Source of the DNA: Bacteriovoracaceae bacterium
Lineage (GTDB): Bacteria > Bdellovibrionota > Bacteriovoracia > Bacteriovoracales > Bacteriovoracaceae
Assembly: GCA_048270185.1 (NCBI GenBank)
Contig: JBLWTJ010000002.1
Coordinates: 224,001-288,000, forward strand
DNA length: 64,000 nt
Direction: 5' to 3'
Shown here: in pieces, positions 47,322-55,676 of the stretch
Numbering within the stretch: the first letter of the stretch is position 1
How the letters are laid out: each line of letters starts with the position of its first letter
The notes under the pieces: model-generated
What the model was told of the DNA's origin: nothing
Databases searched by the model: none
What the model saw: the letters and a program-made list of their open reading frames with translations, nothing else
Program-made: the position numbers and the translations under genes

Positions 47322-48011
47322 GTGAAGAAAAAGAAAATCCAAGTCTTGTTTGAAGACGAACACTATATTGCGGCCACAAAGCCATCAGACCTCCTCGTCC
47401 ATCCATTTCAGGCCAGAAGCCAGGATCGACGAAGTTTAATGCGTTCTCTCAAGAAACAAACTGACCTCTACCTCTTTCCAATTCATCGTCTTGATAAACC
47501 AGTTTCTGGTGTTGTTCTCTTTGCTAAATCTAAAGAAGCAACAAGACTTATGAAAGAGCAGTGGAATAGCGAAAATGTTTCAAAGCACTACGTTGCCATG
47601 GTGAAAGGTCAAATTGATGATGAAGGTGTTTTTGATTTTCCTATCAAGACAGATAAGGGATTACAAGAAGCTCGAACTGAGTATAAGTGTCTAGCCAAGA
47701 ATGAAGAGTATAGTCTTGCTGATATTGAAATCTTCACAGGCCGCCAACATCAAATTAGAAAACATTTTTCTCGTCGCATGCATAATCTCGTTGGGGATGC
47801 AAAGTATGGTCACTCTTCGATCAATAATATCTTTCGAAAAGACTTTAAATTCTATCGAATCTTTCTTCACTCTTATAAACTATGCTTTAAGCATCCATTT
47901 ACAGGTGAAGATGTTACAATTGAATCGCCAGTAACAGAAGACTGCTTGGAAATCGCAGATAAGCTATTTGGATTTGATCTTAGGATTTTAACTGGGCCAG
48001 ATAACCAATGA
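47322..48011 (+). CDS. RluA/TruC-family pseudouridine synthase
   Basis: KPSDLLVH, HRLDKPVSG, TGRQHQIRKH, GDAKYG, FLHS. Confidence 0.93.
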   Translation: MKKKKIQVLFEDEHYIAATKPSDLLVHPFQARSQDRRSLMRSLKKQTDLYLFPIHRLDKPVSGVVLFAKSKEATRLMKEQWNSENVSKHYVAMVKGQIDDEGVFDFPIKTDKGLQEARTEYKCLAKNEEYSLADIEIFTGRQHQIRKHFSRRMHNLVGDAKYGHSSINNIFRKDFKFYRIFLHSYKLCFKHPFTGEDVTIESPVTEDCLEIADKLFGFDLRILTGPDNQ

Positions 48012-48729
48012 AATTAAAGAAGTTTGACCACTGAGTTGGATCTGATATCAATTCATCATCAATTGTTTCAACTGCTTCGGCAATGGTTTCAACGTTTCTT
48101 AAATTATCAAGTAATTTAAAATTACCTTCACTTAATGTCTCAATTTGAGGAAGGCCATCTCTCTTATAAAGAAGAAGGTATTGTTGGTTTTGAATTTCAT
48201 CAAAGCTTTTATCCCCGTCACCTTTTCGCATGCGCCATAATTCAGAAATTTCAACTTCGGACTCAAAGAGATAGAAATTACGATCTAGCGAAAAAGGGGT
48301 TTCAAAAATACTCTCTCCCAATTCTTGAGGGCTAAATTTTATAGAATTATCCTTGGCATGAAAGATTGACCAAAAGCTTCTCTCAAATTCGGCCAGTGTT
48401 TTCATAAAAGAAAATTCAACCGTACGTGAAGCTAAGAAATCAGGAAAGTCATCAGCATAGTGAAGTAGATTTGTGTATTGAGATGGATGGGCCTCGACAT
48501 ATTCTTGGCCAATTCTCATAAAGTCTTCATCACCTAGAACGTACCAACAAGTCTCGTAATTTTCACCAATCACATCAAAGAGCCTAGCACGATAATCTTC
48601 TTGGTAAACTCCCATCACTTGAGTTGCATCAAGTTCACCTATTGGAACCATATCCTCTAATAATTCCTTTTCAATATCCTTAACAAGAACGCCTTTAAGA
48701 AAATGTTTTTGAAATTCTTCATGCTTCAA
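47980..48729 (-). CDS. DUF2063-type MNIO partner protein (BufC-like)
   Basis: VYQEDY...LGDEDF...YVEAHPS...YADDFPDFL...LAEFE; directly downstream of DUF692. Confidence 0.82.
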   Translation of the reverse strand: MKHEEFQKHFLKGVLVKDIEKELLEDMVPIGELDATQVMGVYQEDYRARLFDVIGENYETCWYVLGDEDFMRIGQEYVEAHPSQYTNLLHYADDFPDFLASRTVEFSFMKTLAEFERSFWSIFHAKDNSIKFSPQELGESIFETPFSLDRNFYLFESEVEISELWRMRKGDGDKSFDEIQNQQYLLLYKRDGLPQIETLSEGNFKLLDNLRNVETIAEAVETIDDELISDPTQWSNFFNFIGYLAQLKS

Positions 48730-49534
48730 GGCTTACTCCCTCAAATACAAGCTTTGATTTTGTAAGCTCTTGCTCTAAAACTGAAAATTCAGGGATATCT
48801 TCATCCCACTCTAAGAGAATTGGTACATCAAACTTATGACAATACTCCTTGAATAACTCCCAAACATCATGATGAACAGGATGTGAGTGAGTATCAAATA
48901 AGTGCGTCCCTAAGTCAGAAAAACCTGCCAAGTGAATTTGAGCGACATTCTTTGCTTCGATTGTTTCAAAGAACTCCTTTGCTTCAAATTTTTGATTAAT
49001 AGCATTAACGTAAACATTATTAAAATCTAAGAGAATTTTGCAACCAGTCTTATTGGCAAGATCATTTAAAAATTGAGCTTCAGACATTGTTGATTTCTTT
49101 GAAGTGAAATAAGCTGAAAGATTTTCAAAGGCCATTTCTCGTGCGTAAAAGTCTTGAACTTTCATCACTTTACTTGCAATGAAGTCGAGATTTTCTTTCG
49201 TGTAAGCAAATGGCAAAAGATTATGTAGATTTGAGTGAGCGTGTCCCGTCCAGCACATGTGGTCACTTGTCACAAAAGGCTCAAAATTATCATAGAGATC
49301 TTTTGCTTTTTTCATATATTCAAAGTTTAATTCTTCGCTAGAAGCGATTGAAAGTGAAACTCCATGGAAAGCAATTGGATAGTCTGCACGAATTTTTTCA
49401 AGCATCTTATAAGGCCTTCCAAAAGTTCCCATGTAGTTTTCAAGAAGGGCCTCAAACCACTCGACAGAATGGCCTGAGTTCTTTTCAAGGTATGGAAAAT
49501 GAATGTGTCTTAATCCAACTCCATACTTGTGCAT
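48719..49534 (-). CDS. DUF692 multinuclear non-heme iron oxidase (MNIO, BufB-like)
   Basis: GVGLR, ENY, HGVSLSI, SDH, EN, LLDFNNVYVN, QIHLAG, DTH, LEWD. Confidence 0.93.
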   Translation of the reverse strand: MHKYGVGLRHIHFPYLEKNSGHSVEWFEALLENYMGTFGRPYKMLEKIRADYPIAFHGVSLSIASSEELNFEYMKKAKDLYDNFEPFVTSDHMCWTGHAHSNLHNLLPFAYTKENLDFIASKVMKVQDFYAREMAFENLSAYFTSKKSTMSEAQFLNDLANKTGCKILLDFNNVYVNAINQKFEAKEFFETIEAKNVAQIHLAGFSDLGTHLFDTHSHPVHHDVWELFKEYCHKFDVPILLEWDEDIPEFSVLEQELTKSKLVFEGVSLEA

Positions 49535-49824
49535 TACATTGCTACCTTTCCACCCTTAGCTTCACAATCAGATTTAGATAGCTTAACAAGTCCCTTACCT
49601 TTACAAGAGTTTTGTCCGGCACACTTAAGCTCCGCTTGGCATCCATTCTGACCACTGCATGAATCAACTTTACCGTGACAAGATCCATGACCTTTACAAG
49701 AGTTAACTCCGTAGCACATTACCTCACCAGTTTTTACCTCTGGCATTTGTTTTTCAGTCCCAGTGCATGAAATCATAAGTCCTGCTACAGCAGCTCCCAT
49801 TAGTAGTGATTTTTTTGTATTCAT
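49534..49824 (-). CDS. Cys-rich bufferin-type precursor (BufA2-like), lipoprotein
   Basis: Lipobox LMISC; CYGVNSCKG, CSGQNGC, CAGQNSCKG, CEAKGG. Confidence 0.85.
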   Translation of the reverse strand: MNTKKSLLMGAAVAGLMISCTGTEKQMPEVKTGEVMCYGVNSCKGHGSCHGKVDSCSGQNGCQAELKCAGQNSCKGKGLVKLSKSDCEAKGGKVAM

Positions 49825-49866
49825 AAATTCTCCTTTGGTTACTTAGCGAACCTTGTTATTTATGTC

Positions 49867-49893
49867 TTCGTTACAAATTACTTATTTGTTACA
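49867..49893 (-). promoter_or_regulatory. ECF (SigF/NrsF-type) promoter for the precursor-MNIO operon
   Basis: Minus strand TGTAAC-N17-CGAA, about 40 nt upstream of ATG 49824. Confidence 0.65.
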
Positions 49894-50502
49894 TACCTTA
49901 AAAATTAATGTCACTAGCCCAGTCATCACAATCACTGGTAGAAAGTGAGCGACAATTAAATGATTAGTCGAAAATGAACATGCAAAATATAAAATAATTA
50001 AAGGAATCATAGCACTTGTCATAAGACTTGTTACTAAAGTCGTACTTTTAAATGCAAGAAAACCCTTCTTTAACATGAAATAATTATGAGCAAAACCAAT
50101 CATCATCAAAGAGATGAGCTCTATTGAACAATAAGAGCGATGCTCATGTATAGTATCAAGGCTTACTGGAAATAAATAATTAATTGCAATAGCTGCCCCA
50201 AGTAAAACAAAAGGAGTAAGCATTAACTTCTTCTTCTTTTCATTTAATAGGCCTGGAATTGTATTACTAAATCCAAGGTAGGCTCCAACAAAGAGAGATG
50301 CTGATGCTAGAATCACTTGAATAATAAATTGTGGACTTGCCACCATTGAAAGTTTTAGTGGTGAACTTAAAGTGATAGCAATAACACTTATTAATACTTG
50401 AGGGATGGCCCAAGTTAATGTGCGAACAATTGGAGCAGATAAAGGCTTTACTGGCTTTAGTTCTGCTACTAATGAATCGATTAATTTTTCATTACTTGCC
50501 AT
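49882..50502 (-). CDS. NrsF/DUF1109-type membrane anti-sigma factor
   Basis: LIDSLVAELKPV N-terminus, about six TMs, conserved Cys and H (YFACS...HLIVAH). Confidence 0.8.
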   Translation of the reverse strand: MASNEKLIDSLVAELKPVKPLSAPIVRTLTWAIPQVLISVIAITLSSPLKLSMVASPQFIIQVILASASLFVGAYLGFSNTIPGLLNEKKKKLMLTPFVLLGAAIAINYLFPVSLDTIHEHRSYCSIELISLMMIGFAHNYFMLKKGFLAFKSTTLVTSLMTSAMIPLIILYFACSFSTNHLIVAHFLPVIVMTGLVTLIFKVCNK

Positions 50503-51043
50503 GATTTCTATTCCCCACTGCTTTCTTTAATTTATTTAAGGCCCGTGAAATTCTGGTTCTTGTCGCAGACTCTGATATTCCTAACATGTCGGCAATATCT
50601 TTGGTCTGGTGGCCTTCAATCTTAGCTAAGATAAGTGGCTTTCTTAACTCTTCACTTAAGTACTTTTCTATTAGAGAATTAAGCTGATCGACGCTAGCAA
50701 GATTCTCTATATTCTTATTCGCTTCTCCTTCAAGATTTGTGACATCTTGCAAAGAAACTCCTTCTCTTTCATTTAATTTCGAATACTTACGAATATAGTC
50801 AATGATACGCCTTTCAATAATACAATTGATCCAAGGCATAATTGGACGCTCAGGGCCATAAGTGGACAGCGAAGTGTGAACACTGATCAAGATTTCTTGG
50901 CAAATATCCTCACGATGGCCCTCATTAAAGATTTTGTATGAGACAATTTTTTTAATTGTTTCAGAAATGGCCTCTAAAAAGACGCGATAAGCTTCTTGAT
51001 CGCCATTTTGAGCGAGAATAACAAGTTTCTTTAAATCGTTCAC
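50492..51043 (-). CDS. ECF RNA polymerase sigma factor
   Basis: AQNGDQEAY, EDICQEILISVH, PWINCI...IDYIR, region 4 IADMLGISESATRTRISRA. Confidence 0.92.
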   Translation of the reverse strand: MNDLKKLVILAQNGDQEAYRVFLEAISETIKKIVSYKIFNEGHREDICQEILISVHTSLSTYGPERPIMPWINCIIERRIIDYIRKYSKLNEREGVSLQDVTNLEGEANKNIENLASVDQLNSLIEKYLSEELRKPLILAKIEGHQTKDIADMLGISESATRTRISRALNKLKKAVGNRNHGK

Positions 51044-51097
51044 AAGGCAATTCTAACATAGTATATTTAATTCGTAACAAAAGCATGAGGTGCAAAA

Positions 51098-51358
51098 GTG
51101 AAAATTTACCATATTGTTTGGTTAATGCTTATCACACTAGCTTTCCTCTTTATCTTAACGCCAATTTTTCGTCGTAAAGAACAAGAGAAGAACGCTATTG
51201 AAAGAGAGTATTTTTCATTAATTAAGAAGGAATTAAATAGCGAAGAAATTTCGCAAGAGCTAAAGGAAGCTGCAAAGAAAATTCATCCAGCAAATAAAAT
51301 TGATACGGATGAGAAACTTGTAGCACAAATTAATCAAGATAAAATGATGATGGGGTAA
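51098..51358 (+). CDS. Small single-TM hypothetical protein
   Basis: N-terminal hydrophobic helix; GAGG RBS. Confidence 0.65.
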   Translation: MKIYHIVWLMLITLAFLFILTPIFRRKEQEKNAIEREYFSLIKKELNSEEISQELKEAAKKIHPANKIDTDEKLVAQINQDKMMMG

Positions 51359-51362
51359 AACC

Positions 51363-51677
51363 GTGACAGATGATCAACAAGAAAACCTACTTCAACGTTT
51401 AACAAATGATATCGATGATGCTCAGTGGGATCTACTGAAACCACACCATGAAAGAGAAGCTCTGTTCATGCTTACCGATAATCTTGACCTTCCCGCAGTT
51501 GGCTTTGCCATGGCACGTGATGAAGTTGAGTATATAAAGAAATGGCTAGCCGATGAAGAGATCTTTAGACCAACTAATGAGCAAATTGAGATATGGGAAA
51601 AAGAGAATACCAAATTCCAATACCTAATTGTTCAACCATACGTATTAGTTAAAATAAAAAAAGAAGGACTCCAGTAA
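51363..51677 (+). CDS. DUF2288-family protein
   Basis: WDLLKPH...LDLPAVG..MARD...WL...IVQPYVLV. Confidence 0.8.
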   Translation: MTDDQQENLLQRLTNDIDDAQWDLLKPHHEREALFMLTDNLDLPAVGFAMARDEVEYIKKWLADEEIFRPTNEQIEIWEKENTKFQYLIVQPYVLVKIKKEGLQ

Positions 51678-52093
51678 TGAAATACCTTATCTTGCTATTT
51701 GTTTTTGTATCTTGTTCAAAAGAATTTATGATTCAGGAATCATCTAGTTTAGATAATTTCACTTGTCCTACTATCGACAACTGCCTTTCCTCTCGAGAGA
51801 AGAAGGCATCAAGCAGCTATATCATGCCCTTTAAAATGTTAGGTGAAGATGCAGCTGATAATATGGAAAAAATAAAAAAGGTACTCGTTAAAATTGGAGG
51901 CTTCCAAATTGAGAGAAATGATTCCTACCTCAAGGCCACTAATGAAGAAGTTCAGCTTGAATTCATCGCTAATCCAAACAAGAAATCAATTGAGGTACGC
52001 TCTCAAGTATTAAAGCAGAGCTTCTTCTCTTACGATCAAGGGCGCGGCCAGCTTGAAAAGGTTCGCTTTAACTTCTTTCAAGGTGACTTCTAG
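51677..52093 (+). CDS. Lipoprotein, DUF1499-like
   Basis: Lipobox FVSC; CPTIDNCLSS; IEVRS...DQG. Confidence 0.65.
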   Translation: MKYLILLFVFVSCSKEFMIQESSSLDNFTCPTIDNCLSSREKKASSSYIMPFKMLGEDAADNMEKIKKVLVKIGGFQIERNDSYLKATNEEVQLEFIANPNKKSIEVRSQVLKQSFFSYDQGRGQLEKVRFNFFQGDF

Positions 52094-52143
52094 CCTTTTA
52101 TACCTAGTTAAAGACAAAGTTAAGATATGTTAAAATCTCATTA

Positions 52144-53235
52144 GTGAAGAGATTATTAATTCCCCTATTCCTACTTTTTTCGTCAACTACTTTTGCTGCC
52201 CTTGATACGGGTGATGGTAGTAATGGAAGTTGTGATGAAACAATTATCACTTCATCTGGTACGTGGAATTGTACGGATCTCACAATTAGTGCAACAGGGC
52301 TAACTGTAAACACAGCAGGTTCAACTCCTCTCATTATTAAAGTTCAAGGTGATGTCACAATTGATGGAACAATAACAATTACTCCCGGTACAACAGGTGG
52401 AAGTGCTATTGGTAATGAGGTTGTTCTCAATTCTGGTGGAATTGCAGGAGGAACAGCATTTTGTGATGCTTTTACTGCCGATATTATTGGAGGTGGTGGT
52501 GGTTCCGGTGGTGCTCACGCAACACTAGGTTCAGCAGGCTTTACTGGTTCAGACTCTGGTTCTCCAACTGTTGATAGCGACATTCCTGGAGCAGGAGCAA
52601 GTGCACCTTCAGTTACCTATGACTCTGCAATGACTCTTGAAACACAACTTCGAGGTGGTTCGAGTGGTGGTGCAGGAGGAACTGGTTGTATCGATGGTGG
52701 ATCAGAACCAGGTCTACCAGGCGGCGCAGGAGGTGGTGCCATTCAAATTACTTCAGGTGGAAATATCACTATCAGAGCAACAATAAGTGCTATTGGAAAC
52801 AATGGCCAAGGCGGTCCATCGGGTAATGGTGATGCCGGAGGATCAGGCGGCGGTGCCGGAGGTGTTATCTTTCTCCAAGCGGCCAATAATATCGTTATTA
52901 ATAATGCTAGTTTAGATGCACAAGGTGGAAGTGGCGGTGCCGGAGGTGGTTCTGAAGGTGGTGCTGGTGGTGCAGGAGCAGATGGAATTATACGTCTTGA
53001 TGATATTGACGGTTCAATTGAACAAATTGGAACTGTTAATATCTCACCTACTCCAACAACAGTTGCATTAGAAGCAGCTTCATTTGAAACATTAAATTCA
53101 GGAATTCAACCAGGTTGCGCAGTCAATAAAGATATGGCCACAGAGCAAAGTCAGATTATTGGTCTACTTATTCTTATGGCCGCTATGATTGGATTATATT
53201 TTAAAAAGCTCAAGAAAATCACTCGTACTTGGTAA
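52144..53235 (+). CDS. Secreted glycine-rich surface protein with C-terminal GC-TM-basic anchor
   Basis: Signal ending TFA; GGxGG repeats; QPGCAV...IIGLLILMAAMIGLYFKKLKK. Confidence 0.8.
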   Translation: MKRLLIPLFLLFSSTTFAALDTGDGSNGSCDETIITSSGTWNCTDLTISATGLTVNTAGSTPLIIKVQGDVTIDGTITITPGTTGGSAIGNEVVLNSGGIAGGTAFCDAFTADIIGGGGGSGGAHATLGSAGFTGSDSGSPTVDSDIPGAGASAPSVTYDSAMTLETQLRGGSSGGAGGTGCIDGGSEPGLPGGAGGGAIQITSGGNITIRATISAIGNNGQGGPSGNGDAGGSGGGAGGVIFLQAANNIVINNASLDAQGGSGGAGGGSEGGAGGAGADGIIRLDDIDGSIEQIGTVNISPTPTTVALEAASFETLNSGIQPGCAVNKDMATEQSQIIGLLILMAAMIGLYFKKLKKITRTW

Positions 53236-55512
53236 CTCATCATCACCAATATCTTCAGTATTTCCATTACCTAACTGACCATAAGACCCATCACCAATAC
53301 ACTTAACAAGTCCCGCATCTGACGATAAGAAACATGTATGGTTCTGACCCGATACAGAAGAAGATACCTGTAGCCCGAGATCAATTGGTGCAACATTTGA
53401 AAGGTCTCCTTCAATACTATCTGTATTACCTTGTCCTAGTTTACCTTGAAGGCCATTCCCCCAACACTTAGCTTCACCTGCCTTTGAAATCGCACAACTC
53501 GTTACGTGACCTGCGTAAACATAAGCTGCTTCAAATCCAAGATCTACAATTGGTGCATTCTCTAGAGTTTCATCGTCACCAATTTTCTCTCCCGTTCCAT
53601 TTCCAAGTTGGCCATCAGAGTTTTGTCCAAAACAAACAACACTGTAGTCAGATTGAAGAGCACACGTATGAGTACCACCAGTTGTTACAGAAATAATTCC
53701 CTTAGGAGTAGCAGCAGCAACATCTGGAGTTAAGACAGAGTCTGTACTTCCAATTCCTAACTGTCCTTCAAAGTTTCGTCCCCAACACTTTAGGACTCCA
53801 CCAGAAAGAATTGCACAGGCATGATAAGAAATCGATGAAAGGTCCATTTGAATTGCTTTACCACCTAAATTAACAAGTGGAGCTGAAGACGCTGGTTCAT
53901 TATCTCCATAGACAACATTGTCTCCTGTTCCTAACTGACCGTATGTATTCATCCCCCAACATCTGACGTCACCAGAAGTTAGAAGAGCACAATTGTGATA
54001 AGTACCACCGTAAAGTTTACGAACGATACCACCTACATCTGTATATCCATACTCACTAAGAGCTTCATCATCACCCATACTTGCAGTTGTACCGATACCA
54101 AGCTGTCCTAGGTTATTACGCCCAAAACATTTTACTTTGTTCGACTCAGTTAAGATACACGTATGGAAAGCACCTGCAATAACTTGAAGAGCTAATTCAC
54201 CATTTAAATCAATAGCTGGAATTGAATCAATTGATTCATCATCACCTAGGGCTTCAGTATTACCTTGCCCAAGCTGTCCAAATGAATTATTTCCCCAACA
54301 CTTAACTTCACCATTGGCGATTAGTGCACAAGAGTGATTTGCACCAGCAGCAATCTGAATAACTTGTTTTGTTACTTTTGGTTTCTCACAGTATTGAACG
54401 GCGGCCGTTGAGAAAACACCGCGGTCATCATTCAGTGAAACAATATTTAACTCAGTATCATATGAGTACTGAACTTCACGCCCATCAACGAAAGTACGAA
54501 TTGTATTGGTATCAATATTTGTTACCTGAAGGTTGAAGTCATTAATTGGTTCAATACGAGTCATGGCAAGAATACCAAGTTTTGAAAGGCCGTTACCATA
54601 CTCACCAGTTGCCATATCAACATTGAATCCACCACCGAATTCAACGAATTCTTTATAACCGTAACCAATTTCATTTTCTCCACCAAATGGAATTGTGGCA
54701 GAGTTTGTATAGAGAACACCACCAGTAACAAGTGGTCTTTCAGTGTAGCGAGCTTTTAATTTATTATAAACACTTTGAGGTGTTACAAGTTGATCAGCGT
54801 TTGCATCACCACCAAAACATTCAACGATTCTTGAAGCATCTTCACTTCCCTGTGGATCAGGAACAGGAGTTACTTCATCAGGATAGATGGCACAAATATC
54901 TTGTTCATCGGCAACGAAGACAACAACAAGAGCTGCGTCTTCTCTAAAGAAGCCTTGTTCTTGAATGGCCGCGTAGTAATCATCATTAAGAGCACGGTTT
55001 AGTGAAGCAAGACCAGCTTCACCACCATCTGTACGGCCATCACCTGCAGGGTTTTCCATCTTTAAACGAAGGCCTGCTTTAATTTCATCAATTGATAATG
55101 AACTAGTTGAAAGAATTAAATCCTCAGTCGACTTCTTATATAGCTTCCCGAAATGAGAAGATGTCGAACCGTGTCCAAGCATAACAGCAATATTAACATT
55201 GGCCGATGATGGCAGAGCACCTAAGAAAGCATCAAAGCCTTCTGCTATTTGTGCACGCTCTTGAATAATCGAAGCCGATGTATCAGGGATAACAAGGATA
55301 TCGATATTTCGAGTAATGTCTTCTTCTCTAGGAGCATAGACGTCTTGATAACAAGCGACATCTAAATTTGGTAATGTCGGAAGCTCTGCTCCCGGAACAT
55401 TTACTAGATCCTCTAACTCTTCTTCCGGCACACATGACGAAACGAGAAGCCCAAATCCCAATAGGAATGCTAGTAGAAAATGTGAATGTGGCCTTTTACT
55501 TTCTCTCTTCAA
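53194..55512 (-). CDS. Lipoprotein with vWA-like domain and RCC1 beta-propeller repeats
   Basis: Lipobox VSSC; MIDAS-like DTSAS, FFREDAALVVVFVADE; about seven HxC...VKCWGxNxxGQLG repeats. Confidence 0.88.
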   Translation of the reverse strand: MKRESKRPHSHFLLAFLLGFGLLVSSCVPEEELEDLVNVPGAELPTLPNLDVACYQDVYAPREEDITRNIDILVIPDTSASIIQERAQIAEGFDAFLGALPSSANVNIAVMLGHGSTSSHFGKLYKKSTEDLILSTSSLSIDEIKAGLRLKMENPAGDGRTDGGEAGLASLNRALNDDYYAAIQEQGFFREDAALVVVFVADEQDICAIYPDEVTPVPDPQGSEDASRIVECFGGDANADQLVTPQSVYNKLKARYTERPLVTGGVLYTNSATIPFGGENEIGYGYKEFVEFGGGFNVDMATGEYGNGLSKLGILAMTRIEPINDFNLQVTNIDTNTIRTFVDGREVQYSYDTELNIVSLNDDRGVFSTAAVQYCEKPKVTKQVIQIAAGANHSCALIANGEVKCWGNNSFGQLGQGNTEALGDDESIDSIPAIDLNGELALQVIAGAFHTCILTESNKVKCFGRNNLGQLGIGTTASMGDDEALSEYGYTDVGGIVRKLYGGTYHNCALLTSGDVRCWGMNTYGQLGTGDNVVYGDNEPASSAPLVNLGGKAIQMDLSSISYHACAILSGGVLKCWGRNFEGQLGIGSTDSVLTPDVAAATPKGIISVTTGGTHTCALQSDYSVVCFGQNSDGQLGNGTGEKIGDDETLENAPIVDLGFEAAYVYAGHVTSCAISKAGEAKCWGNGLQGKLGQGNTDSIEGDLSNVAPIDLGLQVSSSVSGQNHTCFLSSDAGLVKCIGDGSYGQLGNGNTEDIGDDELPSTSDFLELFKI

Positions 55513-55555
55513 AACGCCCTCACGAGTTGGTATTACTAATTCAATTATAAACTCG

Positions 55556-55583
55556 TCATCGGCACATCTCAGAAATGGCCTAA
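55556..55583 (-). promoter_or_regulatory. sigma28-type promoter (imperfect -35)
   Basis: Minus strand TTAG-N16-GCCGATGA. Confidence 0.4.
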
Positions 55584-55676
55584 CTTTAAAGAGATTTCAA
55601 TAGTTTAAATAATAATATGAAGATTATTGGGCCAAAAACATGGCCCAGAAAGTGGCCATTCAATAAAATATAATGA

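Noticed and set aside
52430..52985. GGTGGT/GGCGG-rich repeats as a DNA repeat array or CRISPR
   Set aside because: Explained by glycine codons of the CDS; no constant repeat-spacer structure.
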